Shown here piece after piece: positions 39,924-53,155 of a stretch of 64,000 nt of DNA (the stretch's first letter is position 1; every line of letters begins with the position of its first letter). A program made the position numbers and the translations under genes. The stretch spans positions 1,054,001 to 1,118,000 of the forward strand of contig JANJGN010000121.1 of the NCBI GenBank assembly GCA_026770705.1. Direction: 5' to 3'. This DNA comes from Isurus oxyrinchus (Eukaryota). The notes under the pieces were generated by a model. It saw nothing but the letters and a program-made list of their open reading frames with translations, did not search any database and was not told the DNA's origin.

Positions 39924-40005
39924 CTGGTGCTTCACAGAGAGTGAACTGGGGGTCAATGCAATGTCACTGGTCCCTGAAACTCTCTCCTCCATCGCTGTCT
40001 TTCTC
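39924..40005 (-). CDS. Gene B distal juxtamembrane cytoplasmic exon
   Basis: 82-bp phase 2-0 exon RKTAMEERVSGTSDIALTPSSLSVKHQ; splice sites intact. Confidence 0.85.
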
Positions 40006-41152
40006 CTGCAATAACAAAATATCACACTGTGGTTATCATATAGCAGAGAGTCAGTGCAGCACAGACACAGAGCCCACTGTAACCTTACACCAATGACTGG
40101 ACTCTCTCTTTAAATCACCTCTGCACAAAGCACAGAATCAAGACGCTCGACACCATCCAGGACAAAGCAGCCCGATTGATCGACACCCCATCCACCACGT
40201 TAAACATTCACTCCCTCCACCACGAACACACAGTGGCAGCAGTGTGTGTACCATCTACAAGATGCACTGCAGCAACTCAGCAAGGCTCCTTCAACAGCAC
40301 CTTCCAAATACGCGACCTCTACCATCTAGAAGGACAAGGACAGCAGACACATGGGAACACCACCACCTGGAAGTTCCCCTCCAAGTCACTCACCATCCTG
40401 ACTTGGAAATATATCTCCATTCCTTCACTGTCGCTGGGTCAAACTCCTGGAACTCCCTCTCTAACAGCACTGTGGGTGTACCTACACCACATGGACTGCA
40501 GCGGGTGAAGAAGGCAGCTCACCACCACCTTCTCAAGGGCAGTTAGAGATTGGCATCAATGCGGACATCACCAGTGACAGCCACATTCGATGTAAGAATT
40601 AAAAATCTCACAGCTCAATGTATTTATTGTGAGACTGCTGCACACACGCCCTGTCGAAGGAACCTCTGTGGTTCCATTGTTAATCGAAGCAGATCAGAGT
40701 TACTGCAACAACTTGCATTTATATAGCACCTTCAATGTAGCAAAATGTCCCAAGGCTCATCCGGGGATTGTTAGTCACATTTCACCTGACTCTGAGGCAC
40801 ATGAGGAGATATTAGGGACAGGAGACCAACAGCTGAGTCAACAAAGTCAGTCATTAACGGGCATCTTAAAGGAGGAGCTGGAGATAGAGAATGAGAGACT
40901 GACACAGAAAGAAAGAGAGAGACAGAGAGGAAGAGAGAGAGAGAGAGAGAGACAGTGAATCTCGCTCCCCAATGGCTCAGCATCCAGTCCTCTCTGGAGA
41001 AGCATTTCATTCCAAACCACACCAACCGCAGCCCAATTCCATCCCTTCCTCCCTCTCTCCCCCTGTCCCCCAGTGGGTTGTTTCCTGTTCCCAGGAATCT
41101 CAATCCCTACCTGCACACCCACATCTCCTCACTCCCACTCCCCATTTCTCAT

Positions 41153-41401
41153 TCAGTTATGCTCAAACCTGATCTGTGCGTATTCCGTCTCCTCTTCCCT
41201 GTGGACAGACCCATCACCACTGGACACCCTCAAAACTTGGGGATTGGCGTAGAGAAACTCTTCAGGTTTGCCAGGGTTCCCATGTCCAACATCGCCTCCC
41301 ACTGGACCTTCAGAGAGACCCCGGGGAGCTGGGGTCTCCCCCTCGCTAGTTGTGTCTCTGGTTGTGTTCCGGGCCTCAGTAATCAGCACGTTCTGTTTAC
41401 C
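41153..41401 (-). CDS. Gene B proximal terminal exon: degenerate ITIM (FLYANP) plus ITSM (TEYAQI)
   Basis: 249 bp, phase 0; GKQNV...EEFLYANPQV...EETEYAQIRFEHN*; AATAAA on minus strand at 40628-40623. Confidence 0.9.
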   Translation of the reverse strand, partial: GKQNVLITEARNTTRDTTSEGETPAPRGLSEGPVGGDVGHGNPGKPEEFLYANPQVLRVSSGDGSVHREEETEYAQIRFEHN

Positions 41402-42518
41402 CTACAGAGAAATGGAAACAGAAGACATCCTCACATTATTTACTGGCACTGATAGGGTAAAATTATTGTGCAGCTTCGTTAATGTCAGTCGTGTCTCAGT
41501 GGGTTTAACTCTCTCTCCCATGTCTTATGAAAGAAACCACCTATGGCAGTGCAGTGCTCCCTCAGGACTGAGCCTCCAACAGTGCAGCACATCCTCAATA
41601 GTGACCCTCTGTCAGTCTCGCACTCCCTCAGTACTGACCCTCTGTCAGTCTCGCACTCCCTCAGTACTGACCCTCCGACAGCACAGCAAAAACCTCAGTA
41701 CTGACCCTCTGACAGTGCAGCGCTCCCTCAGTACTGACCCTCCGACAGTGCAGTGCTCCCTCTGTACTGACCCTCCGATGGTGCAGCGCTCCCTCAGTAC
41801 TGACCCTCCAACAGTGCCGCGCTTCCTCAGTACTGACCCTCCGACAGTGCCGCGCTTCCTCAGTACTGACCCTCCGACAGTGCAGCACTCCCTCAGTACT
41901 GACCCGCTGTCAGTCTCGCACTCCCTCGGTAATGGCTCTGGTGAGTGACGGCTTGGATTCTTCACTCAAGTTTCTGGTGTGAAGCTCATTAACATGAACC
42001 TTGTAATCAGAGAGAGGATGAGAGAGAGAGAAAGAGAGAGAAAGAAAGGGAGGTTGAGATAGAGAGAGAGACTGGAATTTGTGAGGTGAAAATGCCTGGA
42101 ATCTGCTTAAAGACTATGGGTTGTCTTAGAGGAGATTAGTTTGAGAATTTGTTAAAAAGTTATGATAATACTAGTTTGTAGCCATGTGCATATGTTTAAC
42201 TTGTGAAAATTAATAAATGTCTCATTTAGTTTGATATAAACCCATCTCGAGAACTGGTGGTATTATTCCTGAATTTAAAGCTGCATCTCACACATTCCAT
42301 GGGAAATATAGGTTATGACAGTTGTTTAAAGTTTCCCTCTGGGATTTTAAACAACAGCCTTTACCAGTTGCTGTGTCATAACAGAGAGACAGCATGATAC
42401 TGAACCATTGCTGACTCCACGGGTACAAATCAGTGGGTAACTGGGCAGGGAATCTGGGACATGTGTTGTCTACACACTGAGATTGAAGCTTTGGAGTGAG
42501 TGTAAACAGCTCCTGTAC

Positions 42519-42600
42519 CTGGTGTTTCACAGAGAGTGGACTGGGGGTCAATGCAATGTCTCTGGTCCCTGAAACTCTCTCCTCCATCGCTGTCTTTCTC
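42519..42600 (-). CDS. Gene B proximal juxtamembrane cytoplasmic exon
   Basis: 82-bp phase 2-0 exon RKTAMEERVSGTRDIALTPSPLSVKHQ. Confidence 0.9.
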
Positions 42601-43323
42601 CTGAAATAACACAATATCACACTGTGGTTATCACATAGCAGAGAGTCAGTGCAGCACAGACACAGAGCCCACTGAAACCTTACACCGACAACTGGACTGT
42701 CTCTTTAAATCAATTCTGCACAAAGCACAGAATCAAGACGCTCGACACCATCCAGGACAAAGCAGCCCGATTGATCGACACCCCATCCACCACATTAAAC
42801 ATTCACTCCCTCCACCACGAACACACAGTGGCAGCAGTGTGTGTACCATCTACAAGATGCACTGCAGCAACTCAGCAAGGCTCCTTCAACAGCACCTTCC
42901 AAACCCACGACCTGTACCATCTAGAAGGACAAGGGCAGCAGACATATGGGAACACCACCACCTGGAAGTTCCCCTCCAAGTCACTCACCATCCTGACTTG
43001 GAAATATATCACCGTTCCTTCACTGTCGCTGGGTCAAAATCCTGGAACTCCCTCTCTAACAGCACTGTGGGTGTACCTACACCACATGGACTGCAGCGGG
43101 TCAAGAAGGCAGCTCACCACCTCATTCTCAAGGGGCAATTAGGGAATGGGCAATTAGTATTGGCCACGCCAGTGACAGTCACATTTGATGAAAGAATTTA
43201 AAATCTCACAGCTCAGGATGAAGCCACTCAGCCCATCGTGCCTGTGCTGGCCCTTTGTAAAAACTGTCCAATTAATCGTAAACAAATGTTTATATTAAAA
43301 TCAAGTTAAATCTTCAGACTTAC

Positions 43324-43420
43324 TTTCTCACACAGATGAAGATGAAGATTCCAGCCAGGAAAACACTCAACATGATCCCAGCCGTGAACAATCCTACTGT
43401 CCATTTACTGGAGTCTCTAC
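43324..43420 (-). CDS. Gene B transmembrane exon (uncharged helix)
   Basis: 97-bp phase 1-2 exon GRDSSKWTVGLFTAGIMLSVFLAGIFIFICVR(K); tttttacag acceptor, GTAAGT donor; too short for the ORF track. Confidence 0.92.
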
Positions 43421-43849
43421 CTGTAAAAACAGCCATTAATTACTGCACTACAGGTTTACAATGATGCTCCGATGTATCTCGAGAAGCGATACACTCACTC
43501 AGTGTTTAAATACTCATTCTCGGGCAATGCTGACATTTATTGTCCATCCCTAGTTTCCCCTTGAGAAGGTGGTGGGGGATCTTCCTCCTGAACCACTGGT
43601 TTGTCCCAAACTGGGAGACCAGTTCAGAGGGCAGGTAAGAGTTAACCATGTTGGTGTTTGAGACTGGAGTCACATATACACCCAGACCTGTTAAAATGGA
43701 CAGGTTTCCCTCACTAAATGTGTAATTATATCTTTAATTTCTATATTTATGAATCAACTAACATCACTAAAATAATCATTTATCACCTCATTTTCACGCT
43801 GTTGTTTGTGGGATCTTGCTCTGCACAAATCAGCTGTTGCGTTTCTCAA

Positions 43850-43995
43850 CGTAATCTATGTAACATTTATATATAATATTTATCGATGTAATCTATGTAA
43901 CATTTATATATAATTTTTCTCAATATAATCTATGTAACATTTATATATAATGTTTCTCGATGTAATCTATGTAATGTTTATATATAATATTTTAT
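43850..43995. repeat. AT-rich 37-bp tandem repeat, four copies
   Basis: ATCTATGTAA starts at 43854, 43891, 43928, 43965. Confidence 0.9.
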
Positions 43996-44341
43996 CGTTT
44001 GGGAGGAGAACCTGAGTATTGCTGAGAAAGGACATTTTGTCAAAGCTTTCTGTCTTGCACCCAATGAAGCAGCTTATCTGGGGGAGAGGGTTCCAGATTT
44101 CCACTCCCCTTTGTGTGAAGAAGTGCTTCCTGACATCACCCCCTGAACGGCCTGGCTCCAATTTGACCAAGTGTTGCCATTGTCGCATGAGGTCAGGTGA
44201 TTCAAAGCTTGGTCAAAGGGTTAAGTTCTAAAGAGCATCTTAGAGGAGGTAGAGAGAGAGGTGGAGAGGTTGAGGGAGGGAATTCTCGAGTTTAGGGATC
44301 AATCCAGCTGAGTGGAGATCGAACCTGAGCGAGTCTCTCAC

Positions 44342-44635
44342 CTTTGACCCACAGATACTCCTTGAACATGGCTTCCCCGTGTGGGTTTTGAACCGAGCAG
44401 GATGCCATCACTCCCCCCTCATCCTGGGGTCTCATCAGGGTGAGGGAACCAGTCACCAGATGCCCATCTCTGACCTGCCACGACACAAAACCTCCGTGTG
44501 TTTGGTTACCACTGATGTTGGCACTGGGCAGGTGCCAGGTGAGGTCTCCGGGTGGGTTGGAGTTGGCCACACAGATGCAGGTGACCCCCTCTGACCTCCG
44601 AGTGCACTCCGACTGCTGGGAAATCTCCGGCTTAT
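44342..44635 (-). CDS. Gene B membrane-proximal Ig exon (MAG domain-5 / CD33-related type)
   Basis: 294-bp phase 1-1 exon; YKPEISQQSECTRRSEGVTCICVANSNPP..CSVQNPHG, with the C-x8-C-x-C pattern. Confidence 0.92.
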
Positions 44636-45369
44636 CTGAGGAGGGAAGGACAACAATGAGACAACTTCATAGCAAAGTTAGAGCGTAAGATAGAATCTTC
44701 ACACTGAAACACTCATTCCTGCCTTTGTTACCTCCGCACTCAACTATCCCAACACTCTCCTGCCCGACCTCCCATCTTCCATTCTCCATAAACATCAGCT
44801 CATCCCAAACTCTGCTGTCCCCATGTCCTAACTCACACCGAGTCCCGTTCACACATCACTCCCTGTTGGTCACTGAGCTACACTGGCTCCCGGTCCGACA
44901 ATGCCACAATTTTAAAATTAACATCGTTTCAAATCCCTCCTTACCCCCTCCCTATCTCTGTTACCTCCTCCAGACCCTACAACCCTCCCTATCTCTGTAA
45001 CCTCCTCCAGCATCTACATCCCTCCGAGGTCTCTGCGCTCCTCCAATTCTGGCCTCTTGACCATCCCCCGATTCCTATCGCTCCACCATTGGCGGCCGTG
45101 TATTCAGCTGCCTGGGCCCCGAGCTCTGGAATTCCCTCCGTAAACCTCTCCATTTCTATCTCTCTCCTCATTTCAGACACTCCTTAAAATCCGGCCTCTT
45201 TCTCTGAGCTTTCAGTCCCTGTTCTAATATCTCCTTATGTATCTCGGAGAGGCGCAGGGTGAAAAAAGCAGGGACGTGATGCTAGTTATGCTAAACCACA
45301 ACAAGGAAGCTGCCCTCAGACAGAAAGTGTTTGAGTTTTAAGCAGAGACAGGGGGAGTAAAATGCTTAC

Positions 45370-45645
45370 ATTGTACGTTCAGGTGGGTGATGTTGGAGGT
45401 GCTGTTACCCACTGGGTTCCTCGCTGTGCAGTAGAAACCTGCATCATTCTCCCGTGTTACAGGAGTGAAGGAGAGAGTGCGGCTACTTGTGTTTAACTGG
45501 GTGCTGGTGTTCCCCTCGATCCTGAACCAGGTGTAATGAGATATCGGTGGGACACTTTCACTGGAGCAGGTTAATGTGATATTGCTTCCCTCTCTTATCC
45601 CACCTGAGGATCTGCTGATGGACACCATCGTCTCCTGTGGGGGAT
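45370..45645 (-). CDS. Gene B Ig exon (CD22/sialoadhesin-like C2)
   Basis: 276-bp phase 1-1 exon; YPPQET..EGSNITLTCSSESVPP..YTWF..FYCTARNPVG. Confidence 0.93.
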
Positions 45646-45974
45646 CTGGAACAAAGACAGAGAACAATCAGCAGGTAATCCCCACACCCCACAGCTCTCC
45701 GAAATCTCTGCGCTCCTCCAATTCCGACCTCTTGCACATTCTCCCATTCCCATCTCTCCACCATTGGCGGCTGTGCCTTCAGCTGCCTGACCCTAACCTC
45801 TGGAATTCTCTCCATCATTTCTCTCCTCCTTCGGACAAAATCTGACCCCGAGTCACATTAGGAGACATTAGGAGAGGTGAGCAAAAGCTCGCTGAAAGCA
45901 GGAGGTTCTAACGGTGTGTCTTAATGGTTTTAAGGAGCATCTTAATGATTGAGAAAGAGTTGGAGATTGTGTAT

Positions 45975-47187
45975 CTCCCGCGCATCCCCCCTTGCAAATT
46001 CCTCTCCCTCCCAGAGCAATGTAAGGGTCCCTCCTGTCTTCACTTTTCACCCCACCAGCCTCCTCATTCAAAGGATCATTCTCCGCCATTTCCGCCAACT
46101 CCAGCATGATGCCACCACCAAACACATCTTCCCTTCACCACATCCGCCCCCCCCCCCACCCCCTCCCACGTTGGCATTCCACAGGGATCATTCCCTCCAG
46201 GACACCCTGGTCCACTCCTCCATCACCCCTAGCACCTCAACCCTCTCCGATGACATCTTCCCATGCATTTGCAGAAGGTGCAACACCTGCCCCTTTACTT
46301 CCTCCCCCCTCACTGTCCAATGACCCAAACACTCCTTCCAGGTGAAGCAGCGCTTCATGCAGACTTCCTTCAATTTAATCTACTGCATTCACTGCTCCCA
46401 ATGTGGTCTCCTCTACATGGGACAGACCAAACACAGACTGGGTGATCGCTCTGATGAACACCTTCGGTCTGTCCACAAGCATGACCCAGACCTCCCTGTC
46501 GCTTGCCATTTTAACACCCCACCCTGCTCTCATGCCCACATGTCCGTCCTTGGCCTGCTGCATTGTTCCAGTGAAGCCCAACACAAACTGGAGGAACAGC
46601 ACCTCATCTTCCGACCTGGCACTTTACAGCCTTCCGGACTGAATATTGAGTTCAACAATTTCAGATCATGAACTCTCTCCTCGATCTTCACTGCTTTTTG
46701 AACCCTTTTTTATATATTCATTTTAATTGTTTTATTTGTTGACTGTTTTCCACTTATTTTTATTATTATTATTTGAAATTCATTTCCATTTTTAATGATT
46801 GTTTTATCCACAGATTTTAGTCTATTTTCGATCTTTATTCCCTCCACTGTCCCCTCCCCCTGCCACACCCCCACGAGGGACATCTGTCTCTGTCCAGAGT
46901 GCTTACCCTGGTCCGCTCATTATCACACTCTGCTTAATGTCACCATTAGCACCTCCTTTATCCAATACCACCACTGTTAACAACCCTTTGACCTTTTGTT
47001 TATGACATCTTCCACAATCTCTCCATTGCCTCCACCTATCGCTGGTTTTCTATCCAGCTCCACCTGTCCCATCGCCCCCCCTTAGACAGGATATATTTCA
47101 CCACATGTCTACTTCCCTTTAGCTCTGAAGAGGAGTCTTACGGACTCCAAACGCTAACCCTGTCTTTGTCTCCACAGATGCTGCCAG
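45975..47187 (+). mobile_element. Penelope-like element 3' part (GIY-YIG endonuclease remnant)
   Basis: ORF 46342..46671 NLIYCIHCSQCGLLYMGQTKHRL..EH..VACHFN..EQHLIF..PSGLN. Confidence 0.88.
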
Positions 47188-47498
47188 ATGGTCAGAATCA
47201 GCTGGATGGACAGAAAGACCAATGAGTGGCTTAGATCAAGAGGAGATGTTCAGCAATTAAAAGGGTTGTTCAGGACAGTTAGAGAGAGAAAGGTCATCAA
47301 GTACGGAGATTGGAAACGAAGACCTGACAGCCTTGTCCTCACAACCATTGAAGGAGAAACTGAGAGCAAAAACAGAAAGGGAGAGGAAAAATTGGGTGTG
47401 TGGATAACGTGGACTGAGCGAGGATTGAAGAAAACTGGATTAAAAACAACACGATCCCAATGGCTCCACGGAGACCACGGAGACAACAAACAAACAAA
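47188..47498 (+). mobile_element. RTE-type LINE 3' end
   Basis: RISWMDRKTNEW..RK..YG..IEG motif followed by a (CAAA)n-like tail. Confidence 0.6.
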
Positions 47499-47515
47499 TG
47501 TATCTCCACACTCAC

Positions 47516-47797
47516 ATTCCACAGTGATGGTTATGAACCCCTCCACTGCTCCATGTTCATTCTCTGCCACACACTGATAGTCTCCAGTGTCCCTGGATGT
47601 AACGTGAGGAATCACCAACCACAGCTCATTGTTGGAACTTGTTCTGTTCATTGGGACATTAAGATGTCGCCACGTCAGGTTAGAAGCTGGGAAGCTCTCG
47701 ACAGAGCAGATTATCACTGCAGAATTCCCCTCAATTATATTGATCGATGAAGCGTTAATCATATCAAGAGAAGTAATTGATGGGTTCCGTGGTGCAT
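47516..47797 (-). CDS. Gene B Ig exon (second copy of the domain-3 type)
   Basis: 282-bp phase 1-1 exon, near-identical to 9250-9531 and 48702-48983. Confidence 0.93.
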
Positions 47798-48623
47798 CTA
47801 AATACAAATAAAGGTTTCATTGTGAGCAAACACAGTGCACAGCAAGACTCCAGGTATCATCTCTCTCCATCTGGTGTCTATGTGCATGTCAAGGCTTCTT
47901 TCTCCATTATAATTTTCTCTGTCACCATTTGTAACATTCACTGCCAGTGTGTTCCTTTTTGCATATTCATGGGAAGTGGATGTATCTATCTAGAGCAGCA
48001 TTTATTACCCATCCCTAATTGCCCTTGAGGAGGTGGTGGTGAGTTTTTCACCCCCACAGAATTCCCAGCCTCTGACCGGCTCCTGTAGCCACAGTATTTA
48101 TGGCCGGTCCAGTTAGTTGTTTGGTTAACATCCCCCAGGATGTGGATTGTGGGGGATTCAGCGATGTGAAAGTGATTGAATATCAAGGGGAGATGGTTAG
48201 ATTCTCTCTTGTTGGAGATGATCACTGCCTGGTACTTGTGTGGTGTGAACGTTACTTGTCATTTCTCAGCCCAAGCTGAGTGTTGCTCAGCTCTTGCTGC
48301 GTGTGGATATGTAAACTGTCACGCTGTAATTACAGCCTTCCACCAGAGGAGACACTGTCGGGCTAGAAGAAAAGAAAGTGTCTTTCACATGATCAGGATG
48401 TTCACGGAGATTTCACCATGGAGGAATTGCTTTGGAATAGTGGGGTATTGGGTGATAAACCTACAATTCACTGTTCAGGAGGTTGCTCCATCCAATTCAG
48501 TGTCTTAATGATCTGGAGTTTACCTTCCTTCAACACAGAATCAGAGCTGCTACCGAGACTCGAGTGCAGCACTGAGACAGGAGAGGGAGCTGACACGTGT
48601 GTGTGTATGTGTGTTTGTGTGTG

Positions 48624-48679
<56 letters not shown>

Positions 48680-48701
48680 GTTGAAGTTTGCATTAACTCA
48701 C

Positions 48702-48983
48702 ATTCCACAGTGATGGTTATGAATCCCTCCACTGCTCCATGTTCATTCTCTGCCACACACAGATAGTCTCCAGTGTCCCTGGATGTAACGTGAGGAATCA
48801 CCAACCACAGCTCATTGTTGGAACTTGTTCTGTTCATTGGGACATTAAGATGTTGCCACGTCAGGTTAGAAGCTGGGAAGCTCTCGACAGAGCAGATTAT
48901 CACTGCAGAATTCCCCTCAATTATATTGATCGATGAAGCGTTAATCATATCAAGAGAAGTAAATGAGAGATTCTGTGGAGCAT
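48702..48983 (-). CDS. Gene B Ig exon (first copy of the domain-3 type)
   Basis: 282-bp phase 1-1 exon; APQNLSFTS..DTGDYLCVAEN. Confidence 0.93.
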
Positions 48984-49394
48984 CTAAGAACAAATCAAGT
49001 GTTCATTGTGAGCAAGCACTGTGCACAGCAAGACTCCATGCATCATGTCTCTGTATCTGATGCCTGTGTGCATTTCTAGGCACCTTCCCTCAAGATAAGT
49101 TCCTATGTCACATTTACAATGGGCACTGCCTATGTAAACTGTCACACTGCAGGAGCATTCTCCCACCAGAGACCCTGCCCATCCAGATTTAAAGAAACTC
49201 CCTTTCACATCCTCAGGATGTCCCCAAGGGCTTGACAGGCAATGAATTATATTTAATCGATGGAGCACTGAGGGGTAAATCTACAATTCTCTGTTAAGGA
49301 TTTTGCTCATCCAATTCAGGGTCTTGTTGATCTGGAGTTTACCTTCCTTCAGCACAGAATCGGAGCTGACACCGAGACTCCAGTGCAGCACTGA

Positions 49395-49885
49395 NNNNNN
49401 NNNNNNNNNNNNNNNNNNNNNNNNNNNNNNNNNNNNNNNNNNNNNNNNNNNNNNNNNNNNNNNNNNNNNNNNNNNNNNNNNNNNNNNNNNNNNNNNNNNN
49501 NNNNNNNNNNNNNNNNNNNNNNNNNNNNNNNNNNNNNNNNNNNNNNNNNNNNNNNNNNNNNNNNNNNNNNNNNNNNNNNNNNNNNNNNNNNNNNNNNNNN
49601 NNNNNNNNNNNNNNNNNNNNNNNNNNNNNNNNNNNNNNNNNNNNNNNNNNNNNNNNNNNNNNNNNNTGTGTGTTGTCTGTGTGCGCGTGTGCATGTGNNN
49701 NNNNNNNNNNNNNNNNNNNNNNNNNNNNNNNNNNNNNNNNNNNNNNNNNNNNNNNNNNNNNNNNNNNNNNNNNNNNNNNNNNNNNNNNNNNNNNNNNNNN
49801 NNNNNNNNNNNNNNNNNNNNNNNNNNNNNNNNNNNNNNNNNNNNNNNNNNNNNNNNNNNNNNNNNNNNNNNNNNNNNNNNNNNNN
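49395..49885. other. Assembly gaps (49395-49666, 49698-49885)
   Basis: N runs within TG-rich intron sequence. Confidence 1.
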
Positions 49886-49979
49886 CATGTGTGTGTGTGT
49901 CTGTTGGTGCGTGTGTGGTCTGTGTTACCTGTAAACCTAACCCTTCCACACTGATGGTCACGAACACCCCCCACTGCCA

Positions 49980-50990
49980 ACAAATTTATCTCAGTAAGGA
50001 ACATGGCACTGCCAACCTCGTCAATACCATCTTCTAAACAGGGGATTGGGTAGGAGTCTGGTTTTATTGCTGCATTAACCTTTCTGTAATCTATGCAGAA
50101 TCTGGTTGGAAATGAAATACCTGCTCCTTTTTACCTCCCTCCCTACGATGGTATCATTTTAACATATTGATGTGTCACAGCCGATTCTTTATTCTACAAT
50201 CTGGGGTGTCTATCAAATAATTTACTTGACCAACCCTCCTAATTACCTTGTGGGGACCACTGAACCGCGCTTTCAGAGGCTCCCCCTGCCAAGGCAATGA
50301 TACTAACACGTCATCCCCCTGGTTGTGATGGTCGGGTCACAGCTTGCCTGTCTGCCCCATTCCTTCATCTCTGTTTGAGAAACTATAAGATGTTCTTGTG
50401 CCACTTTGGAGGCTCCCATGAGCCATTCCTGAAACATGGACACATCATCTGAAATAGAGGATTCATCCCTCTGTCCGGAATATCTTTCTTTGATGTATTT
50501 CAGACAGCCTCTTATCTCGTGTCCATAAGTTATTCCAAAAAGACTAAAACCTGCCGATTCAGTTGGTGAATCTCGTGTGGGAAATGCAAGAAAATCCAGT
50601 CCTTTGTCCCAGTCATGGGGAGTTCATGACAATAGCTTCAATCATTGTTTTGAGGGTTTGTTGGTCCCTCTCTAAAGATCCCCGTGTCTATGGATGATAT
50701 GTTGTGGACTTTAACTGTTTTATACCCAAATTACTCATTATGTTCGGAAAATTTTAAGACATAGAGATGGAACCTTGATCTGACTGGATCTCCAGCGGTA
50801 ATCCATAATGGATAAAAAATTGGGTTAACTTCCCTATTACTACTTTAGCTGTAATTGTTCCTAAAGGGATGGCCTCTGGAAATCGAGTTGTCATATCCAT
50901 CATAGTGAGGCCATACTGGAGTCCGGCTTTCATTTTCGATAATGGTCTAATACAGTCCACTAATGCTCGTATCCAATGGTAACGGACAAT
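49980..50990 (-). mobile_element. Gypsy integrase remnant
   Basis: ORF 50754..51101 TRFPEAIPL..FFIHYGLPLEIQSDQGS. Confidence 0.85.
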
Positions 50991-51099
50991 TAGCTCACTG
51001 GAGGAGGGGAGTCCACAAATATCCCCATCCTCAATGAAGGGGGAGCCCAGCACATCAGGGCAAAAGATAAGGCTGAAGCATTTGCTACAACAATTATCC

Positions 51100-53155
51100 A
51101 TTTCTGTCTGGCGTAAAAATAAATCAGGAAATGGTGCTCAACCAGGGCTTACAAAAGAAATTAGGGATAGTATTAGATCCAGAGAGGAGACAGAAAATTG
51201 CCAGGGGAAGCAGCAATGCTGAGGATTGGGAGCAGTTTAGAATTCAGCAAAAGTGGACAAAAAGATTGATCAAGAAGGGGAAAATGGCACATGGGAGTAA
51301 ACTTGCAGGGAACGTAAAAACCGACTGTAAAAGCTTCTATAAATATGTGAAGAGAGAAAGATTAGCAGTGACCGATGTAGGTTCCTTGCAGTCAGAAATG
51401 GGGGAAATTCTAATGAGAAACAAAGAAATGGCAGAAGAACTGAACATATATTTTGGTTCTGTCTTCACAAAAGAGGACACAAATAATTTCCCAGGAATGT
51501 TAGGGAACCAAGTGTCTAGTGAGAGGGAGGAATTGAAGATAATCAGGATTAGTTTTAAAAAATGGAGCTGGAGAAATTAATGGGTTAAAGGTTGAACAGA
51601 CCCCAGGGCCTGAAAATCTACATTCCAGAGACTAACGGAAGTGACCCTGGAAATATTGGAAGCACTGGTGGTCATCCTCCAAAATTCTATAGGCTCTGGA
51701 GCAGTTCCTATAGATTGGAGGGTGGCAATTGTAACCCCACTATTTAAAATAGAAGGGAGAGAAAAATCAGAGAATTACAGACCAGTTAGTCTAACATGGG
51801 GAAAACGCTAGAGCCTATTATATAAGGTGTGCTAACGGAACGCTTGGAAAGCATTAATGGGATTAGACAAAGTCAGCATGGGTTAATGAAAGGAAAATCA
51901 TGCTTAACTAATCTACTGGAGATTTTGAGGATGTAACTTGTGGAATAGATAAGGGATAACCAGTGGATATGGTGTTTTTAGATTTCAAGAAGGCTTTTGA
52001 TAAGGTCCCACATAAGAGGCTAGTGGGCAACATTAAAGCCCATGGGATTGGGGGTAATTTACTGGCATGGATTGAGAATTGGTCGACAGACAGGAAACAG
52101 AGGGTCAGAATAAATTAGTCTTTATCTGAGTGGCAGGCGGTGACTAGTGGTGTACCACAGGGATCTGTGCTTGGGACCTAACGATTTACGATATATTTAA
52201 ATGACTTGGGTGAGGGAGCCAAGTGCAATATTTCCAGGTTTTCTGATGACACAACGCTGGGTAAGGGTGTGAGCTGTGAGGAGGATGCAAAGAGGCTTCA
52301 AGGCGATTTAGACATGTTGTGTGTGTGGGCAAACACATGGCAGATGATGTGGATGAATGTGACATTGTAGGCTTTGGTGTGAAAAACAGAAAGGCAGAGT
52401 ATTATTTAAATGGTGATATAATGGGAAATGTGGATGTACAAAGGGATCTGGGTGTCCTTGTGCACTAGCCAATGAAAGTAAACAGGCAGGTGCAGCAAGT
52501 AATTCGGAAGGCAAATGGTATGTTGGCCTTCATTGCAAGAGGATTTGTGTTCAGGAGTAGGGATGTCTTACTGCAGTTATACAAGGTCTTGGTGAGACTG
52601 CACATGGGATACTACGTGCCGATTTGCTCTCCCTCCCTAAAAAAGGATAGACTTGCTGTCGAGAGAGCGCAGAGAAGGTTCTCTAGGCTGATACCAGGGG
52701 CGGCAGGACTGTCGTATGAGGAGAATTGGTACGACTGGGTCTGTATTCACTAGAGTTTAGAAGAATGAGAGGAGACCTGAATAAACGTAAGAAATTCTAA
52801 CAGAGATAGACAGACTGGATGGAGGGAGGATGCATCCCTTGGTTGGGGAGTCTAAAACCAAGGGCGACAATCTCAGGATACAGGGCAGGCCATTTTGGAC
52901 TGAGATAGGGAAACATTTCTTCACTCAGAGGGTGGTCAATCTGTGGAATTCTCCATCACAGAGGCTGTGGAGGCCGGGTCACTGAGTGTATTCAAGAAAG
53001 AAACTGATAAATATTTTGATATTAGGGGCATCAAAGGGTACGGAGAGAAAGCGGGAATAAGGCTTTGAGATAGAGGGTCAGCCTTGATCATATTGAATGG
53101 CGGAGAAGGCTTGAAGGGCTGAATGTCCTAATCCTGCTCCTAGTTTCTATGTACC
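51100..53155 (+). mobile_element. CR1-type LINE, 5'-truncated and degenerate
   Basis: ORFs 51131..51580 and 52472..52753, RT motif remnants and typical 3' tail. Confidence 0.9.

Noticed and set aside
45975-46671. GIY-YIG ORF as a domesticated nuclease
   Set aside because: Truncated, with an in-frame stop just upstream, and flanked by ordinary Penelope-type terminal sequence
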